A stretch of DNA of 64,000 nucleotides, taken from Lingula anatina. Its lineage: Eukaryota > Animalia > Brachiopoda. The stretch covers positions 25,114,848 to 25,178,847 of the forward strand of contig CM120643.1 in the NCBI GenBank assembly GCA_051362555.1, read 5' to 3'. Numbering within the stretch: the first letter of the stretch is position 1; each line of letters begins with the position of its first letter. Shown here piece after piece: positions 63,755-64,000 of this stretch. The translations under genes were made by a program, and so were the position numbers. A model generated the notes under the pieces. It searched no databases, was not told where the DNA came from, and saw nothing but the letters and a program-made list of their open reading frames with translations.

Positions 63755-63855
63755 ACAGGGGCGTGTCCTTTATCTGGGTCTTCTATTTGTCCAGTGCACG
63801 CAGTGGACACGGGAACACTGGCCTTCGCAATATAAATAGCTGTTTGTTGTTTACT
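63755..63855 (+). promoter_or_regulatory. Candidate TATA-containing promoter
   Basis: GGGGCGTG (Sp/KLF), TTATCT (GATA), TGCACGC (MRE core) at 63795, TATAAATA at 63831, and forkhead-like TGTTTAC just downstream. Confidence 0.3.
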
Positions 63856-64000
63856 CAACGTTGACATAACATTGCACGGAATCAAACAAGGGAGACTGTC
63901 ATTTCATTGGACAGGGGCAGCATTTCTGCTCAACTGTGATATTTGCTATTCAGAACAAGGGCTATTTGTCTAGCTCTTGAGACCCCTTACATGCAGTGAT

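Overview
AT-rich eukaryotic (metazoan, probably invertebrate/mollusc-like; inferred) genomic DNA. About 1-42 kb is a dense nest of transposons: a spliced hAT transposase gene, Kolobok- and Harbinger-type MITEs, DIRS-like gag fragments, BEL/Pao pieces, and decayed HECT, THAP, Sola-like, TatD-like and Copia fragments. From 17 to 38.8 kb lies a 22-kb cluster of Helentron-type non-autonomous elements (HINEs) with internal ~161-bp tandem repeats. Within it, a 6.3-kb BEL/Pao fragment with a fully open 1641-aa ORF replaces 34 bp of a HINE repeat unit and takes its ATG from HINE sequence. About 42.6-51.8 kb holds two intact head-to-head host genes, ZFAND1 (-, 8 exons) and eIF2-beta/EIF2S2 (+, 9 exons), with start codons 371 bp apart. 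About 52-64 kb is mostly non-coding, with MITEs, a Rex1-like tail and a young 2.5-kb non-autonomous LTR element that encodes acidic ORFs. All coordinates and alignments were read by eye; family assignments rest on motif recognition, not database searches.
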